A stretch of DNA of 64,000 nucleotides from Candidatus Latescibacterota bacterium (GTDB lineage Bacteria > Latescibacterota > UBA2968 > GCA-2709665): assembly GCA_965219995.1 (NCBI GenBank), contig CBDCOX010000002.1, positions 4,928,001 to 4,992,000 on the forward strand. The letters run 5' to 3'. The notes beneath the pieces were generated by a model, which was not told where the DNA came from, ran no database searches, and was given only the letters and a program-made list of their open reading frames with translations. Positions 19,424-30,401 of this stretch are shown here, one piece after another; within the stretch, counting starts at the first letter, position 1; each line of letters opens with the position of its first letter. Position numbers and translations under genes: made by a program.

Positions 19424-21132
19424 CGATTGCCACCAAATCCAAGCCGTTGCAGGTTCGCCTCAATTGCCGCATCCAGCTTAGAGGCCTCGGCCTGCTGTTC
19501 GCGCCACTGTTTCGCGAGGCGTTCCATCTTTTCCTCAAAGGGTTCACCATCGTCCGGCTGAGGCTCTGCTCCGACGTAGCGACCGGGCGTGAGGACGTGG
19601 CCGTGTTTGCGAATCTCTTCGAGCGATGCGCTTTTGCAAAATCCCGGAACGTCGTCGTATCCCTCGCCATTGCGCCAGGCGTGGTAGGTGTCCGCGACCT
19701 TGGCGATGTCTTCCGGCGAGAGGTCCCTGTGGGTGCGGTCGACCAGATGGCCCAGCTTTCGAGCGTCGATGAAAAGGGTTTCGCCAACGCGCGCCCTCGC
19801 GCCTCCGCCGGGTGAGGGCGCCCGCGACAGAAACCACAGACACGCGGGTATCTGCGTCGACCGGAACAACTGGCCGGGCAGGGCGACGATGCAGTCCACA
19901 AGGTTGGCCTCGACGATATTCTTACGGATTTCCCCCTCATTCGACTGGTTGGATGACATGGACCCATTGGCCAATACGAAGCCAGCGGTGCCGCGCGGCG
20001 CGAGGTGATAGAGGAAATGCTGCACCCAGGCAAAGTTGGCATTGCCGACGGGTGGGACGCCGAATTCCCACCGCCTGTCCTCGCGCAACCTGTCACCGCC
20101 CCAGTCCGAGACGTTGAAGGGCGGATTGGCGAGGATAAAGTCGGCCTTCATATCCGGATGCCGGTCGTTGTGGAAGCTGTCCCCGTGCTCGATCCGGCCG
20201 TCGATGCCGCGAATCGCCAGGTTCATCCTTGCCATTCGCCAGGTGGTGTAGTTGGACTCCTGTCCGTAGATCGAAATATCTCCTCTTCCGCCGCCTGTAT
20301 GACCCTCTCCCTTTGGGAGAGGGTGGCGCACAGCGCCGGGTGAGGGCGCCTTTGACCCTACAGGGTGGCGCACAGCGCCGGGTGAGGGCGCCTTTGACCC
20401 TACAGGGTGGCGCGCAGCGTCGGGTGAGGGTATCCCGCCGGTATGGGCGTCGATGAACGCCATCGACTGGACGAACATACCGGACGAGCCGCAACACGGG
20501 TCGTAGACTCGCCCCTTGTACGGTTTTAGCATCTCAACCAGCAGACGCACCACGGAGCGCGGGGTATAGAATTCACCGCCTTTCCGACCCTCGGCCAGCG
20601 CGAATTGCTCCAGAAAGTACTCATAGACACTGCCGAGCACGTCCGTCGCCCGGGCTTCCGCCCCGCCTACGTTAATGTTCGTAACCAGGTCCACCACCTG
20701 CCCCAGGCGAGTCTTGTCAAGGTTGGGGCGGGCATAGTCCTTTGGCAAGACGTCCTTGAGCACGGGATTGTCCCGCTCAATAGCGCCCATCGCATCGTCC
20801 AGGGTACGCCCGATGGTGGGCTGGTGGGCCTGCTCCTGAAGCTTCTTCCATCGCGCTTCAGGTGGCACCCAGAAGATGCTCTGGGCGCGGTACTCGTCCG
20901 GGTCTTCCGGGTCCGCGCCTTCAGCGATTTCTTCCACGAGCCTGGCATGGGATTCCTCGAACGCATCCGAAATGTACTTGAGGAAGATCAAGCCCAGAAC
21001 GACGTGCTTGTACTCCGCGGCGTCCATGCTGCCACGCAACGCGTCGGCCATCTGCCACAGTTTGGACCTGAAATCACTCGCTTCGCCGGACTCCGCTTTC
21101 GTCGAGGACTCTCCGCGCCTGCCTTTTGCCAT
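19420..21132 (-). CDS. hsdM: Type I R-M methyltransferase subunit carrying an in-frame repeat insertion
   Basis: [62 protein letters not shown]; likely start MAKGRR after GAGGAG. Confidence 0.96.
   Translation of the reverse strand: MAKGRRGESSTKAESGEASDFRSKLWQMADALRGSMDAAEYKHVVLGLIFLKYISDAFEESHARLVEEIAEGADPEDPDEYRAQSIFWVPPEARWKKLQEQAHQPTIGRTLDDAMGAIERDNPVLKDVLPKDYARPNLDKTRLGQVVDLVTNINVGGAEARATDVLGSVYEYFLEQFALAEGRKGGEFYTPRSVVRLLVEMLKPYKGRVYDPCCGSSGMFVQSMAFIDAHTGGIPSPDAARHPVGSKAPSPGAVRHPVGSKAPSPGAVRHPLPKGEGHTGGGRGDISIYGQESNYTTWRMARMNLAIRGIDGRIEHGDSFHNDRHPDMKADFILANPPFNVSDWGGDRLREDRRWEFGVPPVGNANFAWVQHFLYHLAPRGTAGFVLANGSMSSNQSNEGEIRKNIVEANLVDCIVALPGQLFRSTQIPACLWFLSRAPSPGGGARARVGETLFIDARKLGHLVDRTHRDLSPEDIAKVADTYHAWRNGEGYDDVPGFCKSASLEEIRKHGHVLTPGRYVGAEPQPDDGEPFEEKMERLAKQWREQQAEASKLDAAIEANLQRLGFGGNR
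20303..20430. repeat. Family C hairpin plus three 42-bp tandem units inserted in frame in hsdM
   Basis: Units start at 20320, 20362, 20404; encode [43 protein letters not shown]. Confidence 0.92.
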
Positions 21133-21289
21133 CGTATCTGGCTCCTCGGTTGACTGCTCGTTAACTGACCTAATGTAGACTTTAAAGGTACACCCCGAAG
21201 GATTTGCAGTCAACGGAAAACAGAATTTTTGAGACCACGCGCAATATGCGACAATTGTCGAATCTCGCGACACCTCTCCCACAATCATA

Positions 21290-21430
21290 CCCTCTCCCTC
21301 TGGGAGAGGGTGACGCGCAGCGTCGGGTGAGGGCGCCTTTGGTGACGCGCAGCGTCGGGTGAGGGCGCCTTTGGTGACGCGCAGCGTCGGGTGAGGGCGC
21401 CTTTGGTGACGCGCAGCGTCGGGTGAGGGC
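21290..21430. repeat. Family C hairpin plus four 32-bp tandem units (last one partial)
   Basis: GGTGACGCGCAGCGTCGGGTGAGGGCGCCTTT at 21309, 21341, 21373, 21405. Confidence 0.93.
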
Positions 21431-21480
21431 AAAACCAAAACAGGCCTGCGCAACGTCGCGCAAGCCTGATTTTGATTTCA

Positions 21481-21556
21481 TGGTGGAGCTGATCGGGATC
21501 GAACCGACGACCTCATGACTGCCAGTCATGCGCTCTCCCAGCTGAGCTACAGCCCC
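21481..21556 (-). tRNA. tRNA-Ala (anticodon GGC) with encoded CCA
   Basis: Reverse complement GGGGCTGTAGCTCAGCTGGGAGAGCGCATGACTGGCAGTCATGAGGTCGTCGGTTCGATCCCGATCAGCTCCACCA; 76-nt cloverleaf with G3:U70. Confidence 0.97.
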
Positions 21557-21684
21557 ACCGCTGGGCAATGTGGTGCAAGTGTAACAAAGCGTCGGTTTTC
21601 TGTCAAGCGAAAAGGCCGATTCCGGGCGCTCCGTTCCGGGGATTTCAATCTGTCGAACGGTCCGCGACGGGCTTTCGCAGGTTG

Positions 21685-23691
<2,007 letters not shown>

Positions 23692-23775
23692 TCAGGCGGC
23701 TTTGTCTTAGCCTGGTTTAGTAGTGGAACCAAGATAATCAATGACTTGAGGCAGATGCAAGTCTCTCGCCCGCGT

Positions 23776-24651
23776 CTACCCCCCGCCGGCGAGGATGGCC
23801 AGCAGCCCGAGCATCATCCCCGCCTTGAGAAACCGGTTGATCGCGCGGAGGCGGCGTGTGTCCGGGACGCGCAGGATGGAAACCATGACACCAATCAGCA
23901 GGACGTCGAGCAGGGCAACCAGGACCAGATACGGTAGCCCGTAAAGGCCGAGGAAGTACGGGACCGGGGTGAGGAGAACCACGAGCGCGAAAGCGCCGGC
24001 GGCCAGCCGAAAGGACCTGGCCGGCCCCCAGCGCATGGGTAGCGTTCCGCCGGGCGCCCTGCGGTCACCCGCGACGTCCTGTGCGTCTTTGAGAATCTCG
24101 CGGCCCAGGTGGTAGATGGCTGCAAACAGGGCGGGCACGGCCGCGGCACCGGGTGCGCGGACGGCAAATCCGCCGTAGAAGAAGGCCAGACCGCACAGGA
24201 GGCTCACCACGACGTTGCCCGCCAGCGGGACGTGTTTCAGCAGGCGATTATAGACCACGAGGCATCCGCAGGCGGAAACCGCGGTCGCGATGGCTTCAGG
24301 TGGCAGGAGAACGCTCAGGCCCAGGCCGAGTGAGAAGAGGGCAATGCATGCAACGCCGGCGGCTCGGGGGGTCAGACGGCCGGACGGAAGGGGCCTGCGA
24401 GGGTGGTTGACGCGATCGGATTCCAGGTCCCACAGGTCGTTGAGCGCGTTGCCTCCGGCCATGACGGCCGCCGCGGAAAGCGCGGCGATCCAGAGCGGCG
24501 CCGGCAGCGCGTGCACGCCCAGCCATCCGCCCATCAGCACCGAGGCAAACGTGATTACACAGTTCAGGGGGCGCGTGATCTGCAGGCCCGCGCGGAAGGC
24601 GGCGGCAACGGATCGGTCAGACCGGAGCGGCGCCGGATTCCTTGAAGACAT
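23776..24651 (-). CDS. UbiA-family prenyltransferase, geranylgeranylglyceryl-phosphate geranylgeranyltransferase (DGGGPS)-like
   Basis: ITRPLN, NDLWDLESDRVNHPRRPLPSG, YNRLLK..PLAGN, REILKDAQDVAGD; multiple TM helices. Confidence 0.82.
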   Translation of the reverse strand: MSSRNPAPLRSDRSVAAAFRAGLQITRPLNCVITFASVLMGGWLGVHALPAPLWIAALSAAAVMAGGNALNDLWDLESDRVNHPRRPLPSGRLTPRAAGVACIALFSLGLGLSVLLPPEAIATAVSACGCLVVYNRLLKHVPLAGNVVVSLLCGLAFFYGGFAVRAPGAAAVPALFAAIYHLGREILKDAQDVAGDRRAPGGTLPMRWGPARSFRLAAGAFALVVLLTPVPYFLGLYGLPYLVLVALLDVLLIGVMVSILRVPDTRRLRAINRFLKAGMMLGLLAILAGGG

Positions 24652-26320
24652 CGGCGGCGTCCCGAATGGAATACCGGTAACCCTGTTCGGTGAGAAACAT
24701 CTGGCGCTTGCGCGCGAACTCCAGTTCCCGGGTATCCCGGGTAACCAGGGTGTAGAAATGGGCGAGGCTGCCGTTGGCCTTCGGCCGCAGGATGCGCCCC
24801 AGCCGCTGGGCCTCTTCCTGCCGGGAACCGAATGTCCCCGAAATCTGGATCGCCACGTTGGCGTCCGGCAGGTCGACGGCGAAATTCGCCACCTTGGAAA
24901 CGACCATCAGCCGCAATTCGCCTTTGCGGAAGCGCTCATAGAGCAGGTCGCGATCCTCGCTGGGCGTCTTGCCCGTGATGACGGGCGCTTTCAATTCTCT
25001 TGCGAAGGCCTCGACCTGGTCGACGTACTTGCCGATCACAAGGATCTGGTCCTTGTCGTGTTTCCGGATGAGCTGTTTGGCCAGCGGGATTTTGGACGGG
25101 TTCTCAGACGCGATCCGGAATTTCCCGCGGCCTCCGGCAACGGCATAGTCCAGGCGAAGATTCTGGGGCAACGGAAGGCGGATCTCACGGCACTCCGCGG
25201 TGGCGATCCAGCCCCTGGCCTCCAGGTCGCGCCATGGCACGTCGAAGCGCTTCGGGCCGATCAGACTGAAGACGTCCGCTTCCAGGCCGTCTTCCCGGAC
25301 AAGCGTGGCGGTGAGGCCCAGCCTGCGCCTCGCCTGCAGTTCGGCGGTAAAGCGGAAGACCGGAGCGGGCAGCAGATGGACCTCGTCGTAGATGATAATG
25401 CCCCAGTTTCCCTGGTTGAAGATGGCGAAGTGGGGAAACGCATCGCCCCTCTTTTTTCTGTACGTGAGGATATTGTACGTCGCGATGGTGATCGGGCGGA
25501 TCTCTTTGACCTCCCCGGAGTACTCGCCGATCTGGTCCGGCTTCAGGTCCGTCTTGTCCAGAAGTTCCGCCTTCCATTGGCGCGACGCGGTGATGTTGGT
25601 GGTGAGGATGAGCGCTTGCGTCTGCAGGCGTTCGAGCGCGGCGATGCCCACGATTGTCTTCCCCGCGCCGCAGGGAAGAACCACCACCCCGCTGCCGCCC
25701 TCGGGCCCGCCGCCGGCGTGAAAGATTTCCAGGGCCTCCCGCTGGTAGTCGCGTATGTGAAACGGCGGGCCGGCCAGGGTGGTCGCGCGCCGTTGCAGCG
25801 TCAGGCGCTGACCGGGCACGTACCCGGCGAGGTCCTTGACGGGAAAGCCGATGCGGGTGAGCGCCTGTTTCAGGTGGCCCCGGTACAGCAGATCGATCTT
25901 GAGGCGCCGCTCATCGATCCTTCGGTTCAGATACGGCCGTACCGACTTGTGCTGGCAGATTTCGGTGATGAGCAGGGGATCGTCGGCGGAGAGGACGAGG
26001 TCTTTCCCGGACCGTTCCAGCCGAATCCGGCCGTACCGACCCAGGGTCTCCCGGATTTCAACGGTGACGTTCTGAGGAATTTCGTATTTGCTGAAGGATT
26101 CCAGGGTCCCCGTGATTTCGTCGGCCGTGAGCCCCGCGGCGGCGGCGTTCCAGAGCGAAAGCGGGCTGATCCGGTAGCTGTGGATATATTCTGGGCTCTT
26201 TTCCAACTCGGCGAAGCGGGCAAGAACGTCCCGTGCGGCTTCGTACCGTGGTCCGCCGACCTCCGCGAGAACGGTCATGTCGCTCTGCACGATGAGTGGA
26301 TTCTGGGCGTTGAATGACAT
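24617..26320 (-). CDS. XPB/Rad25-like DNA repair helicase
   Basis: PLIVQSD, ISPLSLWNAAAAG, VLPCGAGKT, DEVHLLPAPVF, GLTATLVRED, QEEAQRLGRILR. Confidence 0.93.
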   Translation of the reverse strand: MSFNAQNPLIVQSDMTVLAEVGGPRYEAARDVLARFAELEKSPEYIHSYRISPLSLWNAAAAGLTADEITGTLESFSKYEIPQNVTVEIRETLGRYGRIRLERSGKDLVLSADDPLLITEICQHKSVRPYLNRRIDERRLKIDLLYRGHLKQALTRIGFPVKDLAGYVPGQRLTLQRRATTLAGPPFHIRDYQREALEIFHAGGGPEGGSGVVVLPCGAGKTIVGIAALERLQTQALILTTNITASRQWKAELLDKTDLKPDQIGEYSGEVKEIRPITIATYNILTYRKKRGDAFPHFAIFNQGNWGIIIYDEVHLLPAPVFRFTAELQARRRLGLTATLVREDGLEADVFSLIGPKRFDVPWRDLEARGWIATAECREIRLPLPQNLRLDYAVAGGRGKFRIASENPSKIPLAKQLIRKHDKDQILVIGKYVDQVEAFARELKAPVITGKTPSEDRDLLYERFRKGELRLMVVSKVANFAVDLPDANVAIQISGTFGSRQEEAQRLGRILRPKANGSLAHFYTLVTRDTRELEFARKRQMFLTEQGYRYSIRDAADVFKESGAAPV

Positions 26321-26701
26321 AGAGGATGGAGACAGGCGGGCGGTCGCCGGGAGAAAGCCGGGAAGGCAGAGACCCCTCGCGGAACGCCGTTGCCTGCCGC
26401 GAGGAATTCCGAGAATAATGCCGTTGCAAAGGCGGTATGCGGTATAAGAATACACATGGCGGAACCGATTGTCAATCGGTTTTGTCCGACCCGGCCCCCT
26501 GACGACTTCGAAGAGAATTATTTGACTTTGACGCCTGGTTTACGTAATTTTACATGCCTGTTAATATAAAGTGGGCCAGTCGTTTCCGGCGTCAACGTTC
26601 CACTTTGCCGCAGGGCATTTTCACATCGTGCGGCGCGGATTCGCGGTGCCTGGCGGCCCATTTCGGGAGGAGCCGCAAGTCACGTGGACGGGAGGGTCAG
26701 G

Positions 26702-26893
26702 ATGGAAAATCAACTGCCGCGGTGTCTGAAATGCGATAAGGGTGTTTTGCTGCCGCTGTCCGACTACGGGCGCGACGGCGCGCCCATTCACTACAAGGCC
26801 TGGGTTTGCAGCAGCCCGGACTGCGGGTTCAACCTGCGCATCGATAACGGCGAGATCAGCATGGGAAGAAACATCGCCGAGTCCTACAAATAA
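26702..26893 (+). CDS. Small zinc-ribbon-type protein (63 aa)
   Basis: CLKC...WVCSSPDC; GGAGGG RBS. Confidence 0.75.
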   Translation: MENQLPRCLKCDKGVLLPLSDYGRDGAPIHYKAWVCSSPDCGFNLRIDNGEISMGRNIAESYK

Positions 26894-27146
26894 CCCGGAC
26901 GGCGCGGCTGCCTGCCGCTTGACGGTCTCGCAGCGCGCGTCCGGCGCCGATATATCCGAAATCCGCGATGGCGGACGGATTCTTCGCGGCCCGGTGTCTC
27001 ATTGCCGACTGACGCCGTCTCAATTTCTGAAAGTTTCTTTCAACCGGCTTTCATTTTTTTCCCACCTCGCGCGGGACCATCCCCACATCAGTGGGGGTGG
27101 TGTTTTATTTTCTCCTTCCGCCTCCCCCTGATTCTTTAACGTTCAG

Positions 27147-28202
27147 ATGTCTAATCCATCCAGGGACTCCGTTCCGCCCGTATGGGATCGTCCTGTACTC
27201 GGCATCGAAACGTCGTGTGACGAAACGGCAGCCGCTGTCGTTGCCGGCGGCCGAATTCTGTCGAATATCATTTTTTCACAGACGGAACACAGCCTGTACG
27301 GCGGCGTGGTTCCGGAACTGGCGTCGCGGAACCACGTGCGCAAGATCGTTCCGGTTGTGCGCGAGGCCCTGGATCAGGCCGGAATCGGGCTGGATGACCT
27401 CGGCGGCATCGCGGTCACCCGGGGGCCGGGTCTCGTCGGGTGCCTTCTCGTGGGTATCTCGGCCGCCAGGGGGATGGCGCTCGGAAGCGGCCTTCCGCTG
27501 ATCGGCGTACATCATATCGAGGGGCATCTCTTCGCGGGACTGCTGGCGGAACCCGGCCTGCGTCCGCCCTTTCTCGCCCTGGTGATTTCCGGCGGCCATA
27601 CCCAGCTGATCCAGGTGCGCCGGTGGGGTCTGTACGAAATCCGCGGCGAAACGAGGGACGACGCGGCAGGGGAAGCCTTCGACAAGGTCGCGAAGATGCT
27701 GGGCCTGCTGAAGGCCGGTGAAACGACCATGGGCGGCCCGGTCATTGCCGGGCTGGCGGAACAGGGTGACGCCGACGCATTTGGTTTTCCGCGAGGGCTC
27801 CGGCACCGGGAGGGGTTCGAGTTCAGTTTCAGCGGAATCAAGACATCGGTTCTGTACCACCTGAAAGGCCGGCCCGAAGCCGACGTGGCGGTGGAACGAG
27901 CGGACATAGCGGCCAGTTTTCAGGCCGCGGTTGTCGACATTCTCGTGGAAAAGACCATAAAGGCCGCGGGCGCACTGGGCCTCAAGCGGATTCTGCTGAC
28001 GGGCGGCGTGGCGGCGAACCGGCGGCTGCGGGAAGAGATGCAGCGCGCCGCCCGTGACTGCGGTGCGGAGGTCTGTTTTCCGCCGCCGGTCCTGTGTACC
28101 GACAACGCGGCGATGATCGCCTGCGCCGGAGGGTTCCGGCTGGGCAGAGGCGAGCGGTCGGGGCGGGACCTGGATGCCGATCCGAGACTGAAGCTGGCCT
28201 GA
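27147..28202 (+). CDS. tsaD: tRNA N6-adenosine threonylcarbamoyltransferase
   Basis: LGIETSCDET, GGVVPELASRNH, HHIEGH, DDAAGEAFDK, CTDNAAMIA. Confidence 0.97.
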   Translation: MSNPSRDSVPPVWDRPVLGIETSCDETAAAVVAGGRILSNIIFSQTEHSLYGGVVPELASRNHVRKIVPVVREALDQAGIGLDDLGGIAVTRGPGLVGCLLVGISAARGMALGSGLPLIGVHHIEGHLFAGLLAEPGLRPPFLALVISGGHTQLIQVRRWGLYEIRGETRDDAAGEAFDKVAKMLGLLKAGETTMGGPVIAGLAEQGDADAFGFPRGLRHREGFEFSFSGIKTSVLYHLKGRPEADVAVERADIAASFQAAVVDILVEKTIKAAGALGLKRILLTGGVAANRRLREEMQRAARDCGAEVCFPPPVLCTDNAAMIACAGGFRLGRGERSGRDLDADPRLKLA

Positions 28203-28232
28203 CCGGGCCTCACGCCATCCGATGAGTTTCCA

Positions 28233-30401
28233 ATGTTCCGGTTGTCAGATCTGGATCTGAGTTTGCGCGACGGATTGTGGCTGGGTCTGCTCGTACCGGT
28301 CTGCGTATACCTGGCCTGGCAGGCGTACCGCACCCGAAAACTGGAATTCCGGTTGGCACGCTGGTTGCTGGTATTGCGGTGCACGGCGTTTCTTCTTCTG
28401 CTGGTGCTGATGATGGAACCCGTCCTTGCGCTCACGGTGAGGCGCGAACGCAAGCCGCTCGTTGCCGTACTGGTGGACGACAGCGAGAGTATGCGGATCG
28501 AGGACGGCGGGCGGACGCGCGGCGACCGTGCGATGGACCTCCTGAGAAGCGGTGTGTTCGATGCGCTGGCGTCGCGCGCCCGGGTGGCCGGGTATCGCTT
28601 CTCCGAGTGGATGGCGCCCGTGCCGCCGTCGAGCCTGGACTCGCTGCGCTTCGACGGCCGGGCGACGGACCTGGCCGCCGCGCTGAATATGCTGCGTGAA
28701 GAGACGGCCGGCGAGGGACTGGTCGCGGCGGTGTTGATCTCCGACGGGGCTCACAACCTGGGAGCGAGGCCGGAAGCGGCCGCGCTCGCGCTGGGCGCCC
28801 CGGTAATTGCCGTGGGCGTGGGGAATGCGGATGCGCCGAAGGATGCGGCAATCGTGTCCGCCGTATGCGATCCGATGGGTTACGTCGGCCGGCCGCTGTC
28901 GATTTCGGTGGGACTGAAATCGAACGGATGTGAAGGCGCAACTTCCTTGCTGGTTGTCGAAGAGGACGGGCGCCGGTTGGCGGAGGCGCCGGTCACCCTG
29001 GCGGACGGCGAGCAGGAGGTCCGGTTTACCGTATCGCCTGAAAGGGCCGGACGGGCCGTTTACAAAGTTCATCTCGCCGTTCAGGCGGCGGAACGCTCCA
29101 GGGCGAACAACACCGCCGTCGTATCGGCTGAAGTTTTGGAGAACCGTCTGCAGGTTCTGATGGTCGCGGGTTCTCCAGGTGCGGACCTCGCCTATCTGCG
29201 CCGTTTGCTGGCAGCCAACGAGAATCTGCAGGTGGACGCGCACATTGCCCGAAAGCCGGAGGACTGGCCTTTTCGGATGCGGACGGCGTTGAGCGATGTC
29301 GGCAAGTCGGAACTCGTCGTCCTGTTCGATCTGCCCGGAGAGTTGCTCCTTGGGCCGCCGGGCCGTCGGCTGGCCGAATACGTGGAATCCGGAGGTGCGC
29401 TGCTCGTGGTGGGCGGACGGGCGGGATTCAACGGGGCGTACGCGCGGTCTCCCGTAGCGCGGGTGCTGCCGGTCCTGTGTTCGCCGGACGCGAGTACGTA
29501 TCGTGAGGCGTCATTCCGGCTCGAAGTGTCGCGGTCCGGAACCTTGCACCCGATTCTAAGGGTCTCGGACGACCCTTTGTCGGACCGGCAGGCCTGGAGC
29601 GATCTTCCTCCGCTTCTGGCGTGCAACCTCAATGAAGGTCTGCGACCGAATGCCGAAACCCTGATTTTTCATCCGGTCGAACGCGCCGGCCGGGAAAAGA
29701 TGCCTCTGGTTGCCGTGGGCCGCGCGGGCGCGGGAAAGGTGATGGCCGTGACGGTCAGAACGTTCTGGCGGCTCGGTCTCATGATGTGGGGTGTCGGCAG
29801 GAACGACGAAGTCTCGAAGGCGTTCTGGGCGAATTCGGTACAGTGGCTGACAAAGCGGGAGGACGTCGCCCGCGTACAGGTGGAAGTGGACAAACCGGTC
29901 TATCGCAGCGGTGCTCCTGTCACGTTTCACGCGCGGGTCTTCAACGAGCTGCTCCGGCCGCAGGAAGGCGCCCGCGTGTCGGTCTCTGTCGTGGACGGGG
30001 ACCGCGTGCGGGAGACGGTGTTGGACGACGAAGGCCAGGGTCGGTACCGCGGGCATCTGAAAGCGGGCGCCCAGGGCGATTATGGATTTGAAGCCCGGGC
30101 CCGCATGGGCGGCGTCGACCTGGGAAGCGGCGCCGGGCGGTTCACCGTGGGCCGGTACAGCCTGGAGTATGAAGACATGCGAATGAACCGGGATCTTCTG
30201 GAGGGTCTGGCCCGGCAGAGCGGCGGTGTCTATGCGTCGCCCGACCGTCTGGACGCGGTTCTGAACGACCTTGAACTGGCCCCCCAGCCGGTAGCGGAGG
30301 CGTACCGGACCCGGCTCTGGGGGAAACCGTGGCCGCTGTTCGTTCTCGTTCTGCTCCTTGGCGCGGAATGGACGGCCCGTCGCAGGCGGGGCATGATATG
30401 A
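28233..30401 (+). CDS. Membrane protein with vWA-like and glutamine-amidotransferase-like domains
   Basis: N-terminal TMs, VLVDDSESM MIDAS-like motif, LISDGAHN, YVESGGALLVVGG, C-terminal EWTARRRRG. Confidence 0.8.
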   Translation: MFRLSDLDLSLRDGLWLGLLVPVCVYLAWQAYRTRKLEFRLARWLLVLRCTAFLLLLVLMMEPVLALTVRRERKPLVAVLVDDSESMRIEDGGRTRGDRAMDLLRSGVFDALASRARVAGYRFSEWMAPVPPSSLDSLRFDGRATDLAAALNMLREETAGEGLVAAVLISDGAHNLGARPEAAALALGAPVIAVGVGNADAPKDAAIVSAVCDPMGYVGRPLSISVGLKSNGCEGATSLLVVEEDGRRLAEAPVTLADGEQEVRFTVSPERAGRAVYKVHLAVQAAERSRANNTAVVSAEVLENRLQVLMVAGSPGADLAYLRRLLAANENLQVDAHIARKPEDWPFRMRTALSDVGKSELVVLFDLPGELLLGPPGRRLAEYVESGGALLVVGGRAGFNGAYARSPVARVLPVLCSPDASTYREASFRLEVSRSGTLHPILRVSDDPLSDRQAWSDLPPLLACNLNEGLRPNAETLIFHPVERAGREKMPLVAVGRAGAGKVMAVTVRTFWRLGLMMWGVGRNDEVSKAFWANSVQWLTKREDVARVQVEVDKPVYRSGAPVTFHARVFNELLRPQEGARVSVSVVDGDRVRETVLDDEGQGRYRGHLKAGAQGDYGFEARARMGGVDLGSGAGRFTVGRYSLEYEDMRMNRDLLEGLARQSGGVYASPDRLDAVLNDLELAPQPVAEAYRTRLWGKPWPLFVLVLLLGAEWTARRRRGMI

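Noticed and set aside
21290-21430. 32-bp repeats as a CRISPR array
   Set aside because: Units are head-to-tail with no unique spacers, and no cas genes are present
21133-21453. 107-aa N-terminal extension of HsdM in the ORF track
   Set aside because: It reads through the tandem repeat; HsdM-like sequence and an RBS begin at 21132
5600-21480. Prophage, ICE or integron as the identity of the island
   Set aside because: No integrase, transposase, phage or conjugation genes seen, and no att duplication or convincing attC sites
21182-21568. 128-aa ORF
   Set aside because: It overlaps tRNA-Ala and the repeat array, so it is spurious
24290-26317. 675-aa plus-strand ORF
   Set aside because: Antisense shadow of the XPB helicase gene
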